This document shows positions 1 to 9,019 of a DNA stretch of 64,000 nucleotides, piece by piece. Source of the stretch: Candidatus Parcubacteria bacterium (GTDB lineage: Bacteria > Patescibacteriota > Patescibacteriia > CAIXNZ01); the NCBI GenBank assembly GCA_026395685.1, contig JAPLYG010000006.1:4943-68942 (forward strand). The letters are read 5' to 3'. How positions within the stretch are numbered: position 1 is the stretch's first letter; the number at the start of each line of letters is the position of its first letter. The translations under genes were made by a program, and so were the position numbers. The notes below the pieces were generated by a model. The model was not told the origin of the DNA. It did no database searches and worked only from the letters and a program-made list of their open reading frames with translations.

Positions 1-41
1 ATGTACTCAACAAACTCTTGGTCAGCGAATTTTGCAGCCAT
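1..41 (-). CDS. 5' end of an unidentified gene that runs off the left edge (MAAKFADQEFVEY...)
   Basis: Minus-strand ATG at 39-41 preceded by an AAGGA Shine-Dalgarno-like motif. Only 13 codons are visible. Confidence 0.25.
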   Translation of the reverse strand, partial: MAAKFADQEFVEY

Positions 42-278
42 AGTTTTAAAATCCTTGAGCCTTTTAATACGGAAATACCGATTAAAAGCATTAATTCTTA
101 AGATCTTCCGCTATTACTAAGCTCTCGCGAGCTTCTAGCAGATACACTAATTATAGCATATCTACGGAAAAAGTCAACCCCGCTTTTTGCGAAAGGCGGG
201 GTCAATCCCTGGTTGCAGATCTATGTATTTATAAACGTGATGGCAGCGCGACGAAAACAGCTCTTTCCCGAAAAGAAA

Positions 279-313
279 AAACCCGCTTGCCAGCCGCGAG
301 CGGATTTTGTGTT
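279..313 (-). terminator. Rho-independent terminator of the 330..902 gene
   Basis: Read on the minus strand there is a hairpin ccgctcgcggctggcaagcgg followed by TTTTTTCTTTT. Confidence 0.6.
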
Positions 314-329
314 AAGTCGTGTTTCGTTT

Positions 330-902
330 TTATTGAGGAGAAAGCTTCAGAAAGCAAAGATTGTGTTTCCGGAGACAAGCTTTAATCTCCTCCATGGACT
401 TGGGGCCGAGGCCGTAAATCTGACGAAGCTCATTTTCATCAGCTATGGCCAGATCAAAGAGGCAAGTAATCCCCCAAAACTTTAGCCTTTTTGCCGTTCG
501 GCTGGACAGATTCAGCTCATCCAGGGGCTTAAAGGGATATTTCACCCGGGGGTACCCTGATCTGCGCAAAAAAATCCTTATACTATCTTCGCGCAGCAAA
601 ACCTGCGCAACTAACTTCTTTCCCCAAGGTGAATCAATTGCTACTCCTTGCCGAATTAACCAACGGCATCGCCTCAAAGCTTTTCTTTTGAGCTGACCAA
701 CATAGTTTCTGGAAATCTGAAGTTTTTCAGCGATTTCCTTGATTGACAAAGACTCGCAATCCAAGCCATAGTACAAGACAATGACTTGGCGCAGCTTGTA
801 GTCTAGCTGGCCCCAGATAACAGTGCGGGCTTCTTTCAAGAAAAGATTGTTAACTTGCAGATCAGCCCAAAAACCATCGAACCCAGTCTTTTTTTTCGTC
901 AT
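330..902 (-). CDS. Small transcription factor: sigma-70 region-4-like HTH fused to an RNA polymerase alpha-subunit C-terminal-domain-like (HhH) domain
   Basis: LSIKEIAEKLQISRNYVGQLKRKALRRCR matches the sigma70 region 4.2 pattern. The C-terminal stretch LDELNLSSRTAKRLK...LGPKSMEEIKACL matches the alpha-CTD pattern (DLELTVRSANCLK...LGKKSLTEIKDVL). The start was moved to the ATG at 902, which follows GGAGG. Confidence 0.55.
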   Translation of the reverse strand: MTKKKTGFDGFWADLQVNNLFLKEARTVIWGQLDYKLRQVIVLYYGLDCESLSIKEIAEKLQISRNYVGQLKRKALRRCRWLIRQGVAIDSPWGKKLVAQVLLREDSIRIFLRRSGYPRVKYPFKPLDELNLSSRTAKRLKFWGITCLFDLAIADENELRQIYGLGPKSMEEIKACLRKHNLCFLKLSPQ

Positions 903-1135
903 GTTAAACACCTCCATTCCCGATTTTATACATTATCTTAATTTGGCACAGATGTCAATGGGATATAGCCGTTAGTTTGTGGCTTATGGCAGCCGGTTTA
1001 GTCTATGGTATTTGGTTATTGGTATATGACTAAAGACCTAAAACTTACAACTAAACTGGCAGCCCAGACCACCAACTATAAACTAACACAAAAAAACAAC
1101 CCCGCGTCGCGAAGTTGTTTTTTATATAAGAAATA

Positions 1136-1480
1136 TTATTCTGCTTTTGGAGCTTCAGCTGCGGGAGCCGGTTCATTCTTTTTTTTCTTATCAGCTATTT
1201 TAGCAGCACGCTTTTTACTAATTAAAGTAACTTTCTTTTTCTTGCCTTCAACCATACCTTTATCTACCAGTATATTCCAAATGGTAGCTGATGGTTCGGC
1301 ACCCTGAGACAACCAATACTTTACTCTGTCCGCATTTAATTTCAGCTCTTTGGATCGGGGATTGTAATTGCCTAAGTTTTCCAAATATTTACCCCAGGGA
1401 TCTTTTTCTTTTTGAGTTACTAAAACCTTAAAATATGCCTGTTTTTTCTTGCCTGTTCGTGATAAAATAATTTTTAACAT
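1136..1480 (-). CDS. rpsP: 30S ribosomal protein S16
   Basis: MLKIILSRTGKKKQAYFKVLV...NPRSKE...RVKYWLSQGAEPS is the typical S16 sequence. It has a basic C-terminal extension. The start is at the ATG at 1478-1480. Confidence 0.9.
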   Translation of the reverse strand: MLKIILSRTGKKKQAYFKVLVTQKEKDPWGKYLENLGNYNPRSKELKLNADRVKYWLSQGAEPSATIWNILVDKGMVEGKKKKVTLISKKRAAKIADKKKKNEPAPAAEAPKAE

Positions 1481-1629
1481 AAATCTTAATTGTTTAAAAA
1501 AATAAGCCCTTAAATGGCTCGCATAGTATAGCACTAGCCCCAAGGGGGCCCCTTAGGGGCTGATTATTTGTTAGTAATTACTATAATACATAAGAAAATC
1601 ATTGGCGTCAAGGGATTTAGGCTAAGATA

Positions 1630-1658
1630 TTGACAAATGACAAATTTTATGCTATAAT
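1630..1658 (+). promoter_or_regulatory. Near-consensus sigma70 promoter (TTGACA, 17-nt spacer, TATAAT)
   Basis: TTGACA at 1630-1635, a 17-nt spacer, and TATAAT at 1653-1658. It lies inside the N-terminus of the tracked ORF, whose TTG start is therefore probably wrong. Confidence 0.6.
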
Positions 1659-1677
1659 CGAAAGAATAATAATATAT

Positions 1678-3738
1678 ATGATTTTTAAGCATAAACTCAT
1701 CCAAAAACTCATACTTAGCCTGACAATATTTACTATTGTTTGTGGTTTTGTTTTACCCGGCCAAACCCTGGCGCAAAGTGATACAGGCTACCCGAAAATT
1801 GCCAACTATTATATTGCCTGGGATGTATCTGATGAGCAGGCCAAAGAACTAGCCAAATGGGACGTTGTAATTTTGGCTCCTCAGGCAGCTGAAAGAAATC
1901 CGGACTTAATTGATATTATACGCAAAAATAATCCTCAGATTAAAATATTAGTCTACTCAATTGCCGTTGATATTAACTATACGGTAATTACAGAGAGCCC
2001 TCTTTACCAGCGAGTTTATCCTAAAATTCAGGAAAATGACTGGTGGCTTTATGATATGAATGGCCAACATTTAAGCAATTGGCCAAATTGCTGGGTAATA
2101 AACCCAGCCCGAAATGCACCTCGCATTAACGGACAAAATTGGTCAGATTATCTGCCACAGCACGTTTATAATGAATTTTTTAAAGACAATAAATATGACG
2201 GCGTATTTTTTGATAATGTCTGGCCGTCAGTTTCTTGGATTTCACAAAACGTTGACCTTGATCGCAATGGCCAGGCAGACAGCGCCAGTGAACGTGATGC
2301 CAGCTGGATGGAAGGTTTAAATTATATTTTAACAGAAACCAGACGCTTAGCGCCGAATAAAATTATCATGGTTAATAATACTGGTAATTATTATAATTCA
2401 AAATTAAACGGCAGAATGCAGGAAATGTTTCCTAATAATAATGAAGGCGGCTGGACAGGGTCTATGAAAAACTATTTAAATGACGGACTGGGATATCAGC
2501 CTGAATATTTTGTTATTAACGGCGGTACTAAAAACACAGGCAACAAATTTAATTTAACAAATTTTCGTTTAAGCTTAACTTCGACATTACTTGGAGACGG
2601 CTTTTATAGCTTTGATTATGGAGACCAGGATCACGGCAGTATCTGGTGGTACGACGAATATGACGTAAACTTAGGTAACCCAATCTCAAGCCCCAAAAAT
2701 GTTTTGGAACAAAGCACTGAAATCAAGCCCAGTGTCTGGCAGCGTGATTTTCAAAACGGCATTGTACTGGTAAATTCTACGGATAATGAACAGAAAGTAA
2801 CCCTGCCAACTGAATATGAAAAAATCAAAGGCACTCAGGATAAAACTGTAAATAACGGAGCGATCGTCAAAAATGTCAAACTTAATCCTGACGACGGACT
2901 AATTTTATTGCGCCGAATTCAGGATATTAAAAACGCGCCATATTATAACGGTTCTTTTGTCCGTGTCTTTAATAAAAGAGGCGAAACTGAAAGAAACGGC
3001 TTTTTCTTATACGACAAACAATATAAAGGCAATTATATGATTGCCAAAAAAGATATTAATAAGGACGGAAAATTTGAAACTATAGTTGCTAATGGCGGAA
3101 AAATTACCATTTATAACGAGGATAATACAAGCCTGACTGCTTTCTATCCTTATGGCGACAAATATAACAAAGGCTTAAACTTTAGCCTTAGCGATTTTGA
3201 AAATGACGGTTATGTTGAAATAATTACCGGCACAGGCAAAGGCTATGCTCCTCTTGTTAAGGTCTTCAATTCTAACGGGGAAGAACAGGGCACCGGCTTT
3301 TATGCCTATGCCAAATCATATCTTGGCGGAGTTAATGTTGCTGTATGTTCCACTCAAGGCAATGGCAATAAAGAAATAGTTACCGGAACCGGTTTTATGG
3401 GAGGATCTCAGGTAAGAATTTTTGATAAAAACGGCAAAGTCTTGTCCGGCGGATTTTTCGCCTACGGCAAAACATTTCGCGGCGGAGTTAATGTCGCCTG
3501 CGGCGATATTGACGGCAACGGCAAGGATGAAATTGTAACCGGAGCCGGCTATGGCGGCAGTTCCCATGTGCGAATTTTTAACAGTAAATTTGAAGCTTTA
3601 AGCCCGGGATTTTTTGCCTTTGGCAAGGACAGTAAAACTGGCGTCAGAGTCTTTTTATCTGATATTGATAATAACGGCATCCAAGAAATTTTAACCGCGA
3701 CTCCGGATGTGTTTATGTCTGCATTCGCTAATAATTAA
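1678..3738 (+). CDS. Secreted protein: N-terminal TIM-barrel glycoside-hydrolase-like domain (GH114/GHL-type) fused to C-terminal FG-GAP/VCBS beta-propeller repeats
   Basis: A signal peptide (MIFKHKLIQKLILSLTIFTIVCGFVLPGQTLAQ). Five repeats of the form D-x-D/N-x-D/N-G-x-x-E-I-V/I-T-G-x-G. The start was moved to the ATG at 1678, downstream of the promoter. Confidence 0.55.
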   Translation: MIFKHKLIQKLILSLTIFTIVCGFVLPGQTLAQSDTGYPKIANYYIAWDVSDEQAKELAKWDVVILAPQAAERNPDLIDIIRKNNPQIKILVYSIAVDINYTVITESPLYQRVYPKIQENDWWLYDMNGQHLSNWPNCWVINPARNAPRINGQNWSDYLPQHVYNEFFKDNKYDGVFFDNVWPSVSWISQNVDLDRNGQADSASERDASWMEGLNYILTETRRLAPNKIIMVNNTGNYYNSKLNGRMQEMFPNNNEGGWTGSMKNYLNDGLGYQPEYFVINGGTKNTGNKFNLTNFRLSLTSTLLGDGFYSFDYGDQDHGSIWWYDEYDVNLGNPISSPKNVLEQSTEIKPSVWQRDFQNGIVLVNSTDNEQKVTLPTEYEKIKGTQDKTVNNGAIVKNVKLNPDDGLILLRRIQDIKNAPYYNGSFVRVFNKRGETERNGFFLYDKQYKGNYMIAKKDINKDGKFETIVANGGKITIYNEDNTSLTAFYPYGDKYNKGLNFSLSDFENDGYVEIITGTGKGYAPLVKVFNSNGEEQGTGFYAYAKSYLGGVNVAVCSTQGNGNKEIVTGTGFMGGSQVRIFDKNGKVLSGGFFAYGKTFRGGVNVACGDIDGNGKDEIVTGAGYGGSSHVRIFNSKFEALSPGFFAFGKDSKTGVRVFLSDIDNNGIQEILTATPDVFMSAFANN

Positions 3739-3764
3739 TAACGTGTTAAAATGAAAGTAACGAT

Positions 3765-5645
3765 ATGTTAACCAACCCAAACGACAAAAAAGATATTATC
3801 AGGGTTCAGCCTAAACCGGTTGAAAATGTAAAAAAAGCCGCTGCTACAAGTGTCGGCGGACTTAAGATTGGCAATGTTCAAACTTTAAACCTGATTGTTG
3901 AGCCTTTGAAAAAAAGATATGAAACTCATTATAAAAAAGACAAGATGCATTTAATTGTGGACCTTGTTTTAGGTGCAATTATTTTAATATTATTGGGCGT
4001 TATGGTAAACCTTTGGATTTTTAGCCGCAGCCGCATCAATTTAATGGATTTTAAAGTTAGCTCCAGCCCTGAAAATCTGGTTAATGGCCAGGAAACTGAA
4101 TTTACCATTGATTATACCAATACCTCCAAAGACGAACTGCACAATGTTACCCTTATTTTTAAAACACCAACTGGTTTAAATAATCCCCAGTACAGCACTC
4201 TGGATTTTGACCTTAAAAACAATACTTTAAAAATAGGAGACCTGGCAGAAAACGCTCATGGCCAATTTAAAGTTAAAGGCTTGCTTTTAGGCAACTACAA
4301 TGACAAGCAGGAATTTATTGCCGCCATTACTTACCAAAATAAATACGGCCAGACCAGCCAGGAATTTTTTAACCAGCAATTTGCTTTAACTGACTCCGTA
4401 ATAAAAACAGAGCTTAAGGTTCCTGAACGTGTTATTAGTAACGGCATTTTTACAGCCAATTTAAATTTAAATAATATTTCCACTTTCAATCTTGAAACCG
4501 TTAAAATAAAAATTGACGGACCTGCTAATTTTAATCTGCGCCAGGTCAAGCTGGATAAAGTCGGCGCCAATACTTATTTAATCGGCAAATTGGCTGCCGG
4601 CCAGAATTTTTCACAGGATTTTTCAGCCAAAATTCTTGGAAGCAAAGAAACCAGCGCCACGGTTTCCACTGAAATCATTGCGACCTATAATAACGAGGAA
4701 TTTGTTTTATATAAAATTGATAATACTATAACTACCAGTATCTCAAATTTAAAATTGGGATTTTTGAATCTGGACGCTAACCGCAATATTGCTCCGGGAG
4801 GCACAACTACTTATACTTTGTATTATAAAAATAATGAGGATTACACCCTGCAAAATGTGGAATTAGGCTTGGCTTTATCTGGTGATTACGCTGATACCAG
4901 TTATTTGGCGAAAAGCTATAAAGCTAGTCAGGGTAATACTGTATTTTTTGGACAAAAAGATTATCCTGAACTGGCCAAGGTTGAACCTGGAAAAGAAGGC
5001 CAAATTCAAATTAAAGTTGCTGCTAAATCAAATATTGTTTTTTTGCAATTCTTAGAAACCGGCTATAAGCTGGAAGCTACGGTTTTAGCGAACTATGATG
5101 ATCCGGAATTAAAAACCAGAGTAACCTTGGAAGGCGAACCTATTTATACCAATGTAGATTCTGATTTAAATTTAAAAACCACAGCAATGTTTTATACCAG
5201 CCAGGGTGACCAAATCGGAGTAGGCAATATACCGCCAATAGTAGGGGAATACACCTCATACTGGGCAATCATTAAAATAAATAATACTAATAATAAAATT
5301 AAAGACTTAAAAGTTACAGCCAAGGTACCGGCTGGCATTGAGTTTACAAATATCTATAATGTCACTGACGGCGAACAAATAAAATATAATGAGGCAACCG
5401 GACAAATTGAATGGAATGTGGCCAATGTCAATGCCTTTGCCGGTATTTTCAGCGCTTCACCTGAAGCCCGCATCCAGCTGGCAATTACTCCGACTGAAAA
5501 TCAAATTGGTAAAAGCCCGTTATTACTAACCGATATTAAAGCTCTGGCAACTGATGCGGTTACTGGCTCATTTTTATCAGCCAGCGGCCAAAATATTAGT
5601 ATCGCGATCTTTGATGATCCAAGCTTAAACAAGGTGACGCCTTAA
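3765..5645 (+). CDS. Membrane-anchored surface protein with repeated beta-sandwich (DUF11/CARDB-like) domains. Hypothetical.
   Basis: A 626-aa ORF with one TM helix near residues 60-85 and a long Thr/Asn-rich extracellular region. The domain call is from pattern only. Confidence 0.45.
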   Translation: MLTNPNDKKDIIRVQPKPVENVKKAAATSVGGLKIGNVQTLNLIVEPLKKRYETHYKKDKMHLIVDLVLGAIILILLGVMVNLWIFSRSRINLMDFKVSSSPENLVNGQETEFTIDYTNTSKDELHNVTLIFKTPTGLNNPQYSTLDFDLKNNTLKIGDLAENAHGQFKVKGLLLGNYNDKQEFIAAITYQNKYGQTSQEFFNQQFALTDSVIKTELKVPERVISNGIFTANLNLNNISTFNLETVKIKIDGPANFNLRQVKLDKVGANTYLIGKLAAGQNFSQDFSAKILGSKETSATVSTEIIATYNNEEFVLYKIDNTITTSISNLKLGFLNLDANRNIAPGGTTTYTLYYKNNEDYTLQNVELGLALSGDYADTSYLAKSYKASQGNTVFFGQKDYPELAKVEPGKEGQIQIKVAAKSNIVFLQFLETGYKLEATVLANYDDPELKTRVTLEGEPIYTNVDSDLNLKTTAMFYTSQGDQIGVGNIPPIVGEYTSYWAIIKINNTNNKIKDLKVTAKVPAGIEFTNIYNVTDGEQIKYNEATGQIEWNVANVNAFAGIFSASPEARIQLAITPTENQIGKSPLLLTDIKALATDAVTGSFLSASGQNISIAIFDDPSLNKVTP

Positions 5646-5663
5646 CAAAGGGAGGACAGCGAA

Positions 5664-5903
5664 ATGAAAGCATCCGAGAAGAGAGTTCCCAAAGACCCCG
5701 ACCTTGATGCTCTAGACTATGGGCTGATTGGCTGGGGTCTAGCCCAACTGGCAACACTTTTAATTATTGCACTTATACAGTTGTACTTTTACATTTCTGG
5801 AAGGACCAATCCCTTAAGCCCAAACGAATACTTCTTGTACGCATTTCTCATCAGCGTAGCTGTCGGCTTCTTCTGCAACTGGAAAGCCGAGTCAACAAAA
5901 TGA
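5664..5903 (+). CDS. Small two-TM membrane protein. Hypothetical. GC-richer than its surroundings.
   Basis: GGGAGG Shine-Dalgarno sequence 7 nt upstream of the ATG. Two hydrophobic helices. Followed by a strong terminator. Confidence 0.5.
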   Translation: MKASEKRVPKDPDLDALDYGLIGWGLAQLATLLIIALIQLYFYISGRTNPLSPNEYFLYAFLISVAVGFFCNWKAESTK

Positions 5904-5909
5904 ACCATT

Positions 5910-5943
5910 CCGCCGAGGTCACCCGACCGCGGCGGCTTTTTTA
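5910..5943 (+). terminator. Rho-independent terminator
   Basis: Hairpin ccgccgaggtcacccgaccgcggcgg followed by TTTTTTATT. Confidence 0.75.
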
Positions 5944-5947
5944 TTGC

Positions 5948-6084
5948 TACTAATATACTAATTAACTACTAATCTACTAATAAAAGAAATTCCCCCGTGA
6001 AATGGTTGACTAATTGGTAATTTAAATGTACTATTCGTATATTCGTAGCAAATTAGTAGATTAGTAACAGTAGATTAGTAACAT
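5948..6084. repeat. Palindromic element with inverted repeats ACTAATCTACTAAT / ATTAGTAGATTAGT flanking a ~65-bp core
   Basis: The arms at 5948-5984 and 6051-6084 are reverse complements. The core carries the promoter-like TTGACT-17-TACTAT. Confidence 0.5.
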
Positions 6085-6202
6085 ATGAGGAATTACGCCC
6101 AAAAAACCAATAAACAAATGACACGATATCGTACTTCGAGTACGTTTAGAGGTAATGTTAAATTTTTGCAAAAGCCGGTGCCGAAGAACTTCTCCCAACA
6201 TC

Positions 6203-6330
6203 CAATCATCAATAATCAATCATCAAACAAATTTTAACCTCCAAAATCAAATTACCCAATATGTTTGGGATTCATTATTTATATATTAGATATTGTTTGA
6301 TTATTGAGATTTGATTATTGATTATTATCC
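6203..6330. repeat. Empty MITE-like palindromic element of the AATCAATAATCAA family
   Basis: Left arm caatcatcaataatcaatcatcaaacaaatttt and right arm gtttgattattgagatttgattattgattattatcc are inverted repeats. The same family brackets the four-helix-bundle gene at 61657. Confidence 0.55.
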
Positions 6331-6380
6331 AAGCAACCTCATATAACCTAATAAAACTTAATATAACGTCATACAACCTT

Positions 6381-7691
6381 ATGCAATACACCTACACTAC
6401 AAAAAAACTCCCCAAATCCCAGCTCGAAATCAATGTTACTGTGCTTCATGACGAACTGGCTCCTTTTTTAAAAAAAGCAGCTGAAGAAATTTCCCAACAG
6501 ACAAAAATCGAAGGGTTTCGTCCCGGCAAAGTACCTTACGAAGTATTAAAGCAAAGAATAGGCGAGGTAAAAATTTACGAAGAGGCGGCAATGATGGCTG
6601 TTGAAAAATCATACATTGAAATCGGGACCAAGGAAAAATTTGAACCCCTGGGCTCACCTAAGATTGATCTGGAAAAATTAGCGCCGGGGAATGATTTGAT
6701 TTATAAGGCAACTGTTGATTTAATTCCTGAAGTAAGGGTAGGAGACTTTAAGGCCATTAAAATTAAAGAGAAATTAATCAATATTACAAAAGAACAAATC
6801 GATAAAGTAGTTGATGAAGTCAGAGAAATGAGAGCAACTGAGGTCTTAGATAAAAAAGCAGTAGAAATGGGAGATAAAGTTGAACTAGATTTTGAAGTCT
6901 TGCGCGACAAAGTTCCGATCGACGGCGGGTCTCAAAAAAAATACCCCCTGGTTATCGGCACCGGTCAATTTATCCCGGGCTTTGAAGAAAATTTAGTCGG
7001 CTTAAAGACAGAGGAAGAAAAAGAATTTGAATTAACTTTTCCGGAAAAATATCATAATAAAAATCTGGCTGGCAAACCTGCAACCTTTAAAGTTAAAATC
7101 CTGGCTGTATATAAAAGAACTTTGCCTGAAGCTAATGATGACTTTGCCAAATCCCTGGGACAAGATACCATGGATAAACTGAAAGCTTCAATTGAACATA
7201 ATCTGGAGCACGAAGAACATCACAAGGAAGAAGAAAGAATCGAAATCGAAATGCTGGAAAAAATAATTGACAAATCAACCTTTGAAGAAATTCCTGATGT
7301 TTTGGTCACGGCTGAAACCAATAAAATGATTCAGGAAATGGAGGCTAACATTCTGCGCGAGGGTATGAAATTTGAAGATTATCTTAAACACCTGGGTAAA
7401 ACTCGCGATCAGCTAAAACTTGATTTTGTGCCTCAGGCGATTAAAAGAGTAAAAAGCGCTTTGCTAATCAGAAGTATTTTTTTAAGTGAAAAAATGGAAA
7501 TACCGGAACATGAAGTTGATGTCGAGCTTGAATCGCTGACTCATGCTTACCAGACTTATCCGGAAATGATAAAAAATATTCAAACGCCTCAATATCGGGA
7601 ATATGTCCGTAATATGGTCGGCAATCACAAAGTCATGAACCTATTAAAGGCAGCCTGCATTGAAAGAACAAACCCGGAACATAAATGTTAA
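6381..7691 (+). CDS. tig: Trigger factor
   Basis: EINVTV...KIEGFRPGKVPYEVLKQRIG is the trigger-factor N-domain signature, followed by a PPIase-like middle domain. Start taken at MQYTYTT, ATG at 6381. The tracked start at 6318 lies inside the palindromic repeat. Confidence 0.85.
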   Translation: MQYTYTTKKLPKSQLEINVTVLHDELAPFLKKAAEEISQQTKIEGFRPGKVPYEVLKQRIGEVKIYEEAAMMAVEKSYIEIGTKEKFEPLGSPKIDLEKLAPGNDLIYKATVDLIPEVRVGDFKAIKIKEKLINITKEQIDKVVDEVREMRATEVLDKKAVEMGDKVELDFEVLRDKVPIDGGSQKKYPLVIGTGQFIPGFEENLVGLKTEEEKEFELTFPEKYHNKNLAGKPATFKVKILAVYKRTLPEANDDFAKSLGQDTMDKLKASIEHNLEHEEHHKEEERIEIEMLEKIIDKSTFEEIPDVLVTAETNKMIQEMEANILREGMKFEDYLKHLGKTRDQLKLDFVPQAIKRVKSALLIRSIFLSEKMEIPEHEVDVELESLTHAYQTYPEMIKNIQTPQYREYVRNMVGNHKVMNLLKAACIERTNPEHKC

Positions 7692-7702
7692 AAAGAAAAG
7701 GG

Positions 7703-7730
7703 GACGCTAATTTACTGGCGTCTCTTTTTT
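7703..7730 (+). terminator. Rho-independent terminator of tig
   Basis: Hairpin gacgctaatttactggcgtc followed by TCTTTTTT. Confidence 0.7.
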
Positions 7731-7737
7731 GTCGGTG

Positions 7738-7850
7738 AACAGTGAATTGGTTAAGAGGCTGGTAGGTGATTGGGGTAAGTGTAAGGTGTTTCAGGGACTC
7801 AACACCTAACCATTACACTTACTAGCATCCAAACCCAAACACTTTGCACT
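7738..7850. repeat. ~100-nt imperfect-hairpin intergenic element (family H: GGTGAAyaGTGAA...GCTGGTAGGTG...CACTTACyAGCATCC)
   Basis: Shares start and end motifs with the copies at 8636, 8744, 11650, 36930 and 39556. Its arms are reverse complements of each other. Confidence 0.55.
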
Positions 7851-8014
7851 CTGGCTAATATTAGCCTCAACCTTGACAAAATACCATAATTGTGATACTA
7901 TAAGATGATTGCTCTTTAATAACTACAACATTTGATATCGCGGGAATTAGGCGGGCATTTAGCCCAGAGTCCGAAACTTTTGGTCGATTAACCGAAAAAA
8001 GAAGGAGACTGAAG

Positions 8015-8584
8015 ATGAAGAAAGGGATTTTGCTCTCATTGGTTCTGTTGGCTCTGACCATGTCCGCCGCAACCTGCGACGAAACGACAAACGGAAATAC
8101 TCAGTCCGGTCATCGCCCTGATCAGATCATTGTGCGGCTGGACAACGACACCATCACCGACCTCGTTATTGGCGACATGATTCCTCTGGTGAAATTCCAC
8201 GTCAGACCGACGACAGGCGGAATTCAAATCCTGTCTTTCAAGTTCGCTACTGTGGATTTCCCTCATCCCTACGAAGTCGGCTCCTGCGAATTGCAGGATG
8301 TTGACGGCAACAAACTTAACTACGGATCTACCGGTGGTTATTCTATCGAAGACCCCGATATCTGGCAATATACCGTCTACTTTGAAGAGAACCCCGAAGA
8401 CTACGGGGACATGTTCAACCCTGTTTACGTAGACGCTGTCGGACAATCTTTCATCCTGTCTTGCGATATCCTGTCGGAAAGGCCGATCGATATCGACTTA
8501 CTGGAAATTGATTACGACTCGAACGGCATCGAATACAAAATCGACCCGAACACCTCCCCGATTTTCGAAGTACACCTGGAGTAG
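8015..8584 (+). CDS. Lipoprotein, family member 1 of 3. GC-rich. Hypothetical.
   Basis: Signal peptide with a lipobox (LTMSAATC). AAGGAG Shine-Dalgarno sequence. GC is roughly 55% against a ~33% background. Shares the motif FKF...G....C.L.D..GNKLN with the 10144 gene. Confidence 0.6.
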   Translation: MKKGILLSLVLLALTMSAATCDETTNGNTQSGHRPDQIIVRLDNDTITDLVIGDMIPLVKFHVRPTTGGIQILSFKFATVDFPHPYEVGSCELQDVDGNKLNYGSTGGYSIEDPDIWQYTVYFEENPEDYGDMFNPVYVDAVGQSFILSCDILSERPIDIDLLEIDYDSNGIEYKIDPNTSPIFEVHLE

Positions 8585-8598
8585 TGTCTTTCTTCTCC

Positions 8599-8630
8599 CG
8601 GGCGCGAAAACAACATCGCGCCCTTTTTTT
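8599..8630 (+). terminator. Rho-independent terminator. Its hairpin is shared with two other genes.
   Basis: gggcgcgaaaacaacatcgcgccc followed by T8. The hairpin recurs at 9855 and 11626. Confidence 0.8.
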
Positions 8631-8635
8631 ATTAG

Positions 8636-8742
8636 TGCATGGTGTGAGGGTAAAGAGGCTAGTAGGGAATTAGGTTAAGTATTTTAACACTCTCACACAA
8701 AACCCTTCACTTACCAGCATCCTAACCATAACCACTTTTATT
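8636..8742. repeat. Family H hairpin element, copy 2
   Basis: ...taaagaggctagtaggg...ttaggttaagtattttaacactctcacac...cacttaccagcatcc. Confidence 0.5.
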
Positions 8743-8743
8743 A

Positions 8744-8862
8744 GTGAATGGTGGGGGTAAAGAGGCTGGTAGGTGTTAATTGTTTAGGTTAAGTATTTTA
8801 ACACTCTCTCACAACACCCTTCACTTACCAGCATCCCAACCATAACCATAACCCTAACCTTA
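8744..8862. repeat. Family H hairpin element, copy 3, tandem to copy 2
   Basis: ...taaagaggctggtaggtg...ttaggttaagtattttaacactctctcac...cacttaccagcatcc. About 85% identical to copy 2. Confidence 0.5.
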
Positions 8863-9019
8863 TAGCTAATATTAGCCCCTCTCTTGACATTTTATCCAAA
8901 ACGTGCTATACTTTTATATTGCTGAACCTTAACAATAATGGTTAATAACCTTTGAAAATACGTCTTTTTGAGGCAAAAATCAACCAAAAAACGAAACACC
9001 TAAACAAAAGGAGTTCTAG

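Noticed and set aside
1005-1307. 100-aa plus-strand ORF
   Set aside because: It is antisense to rpsP and has a low-complexity composition.
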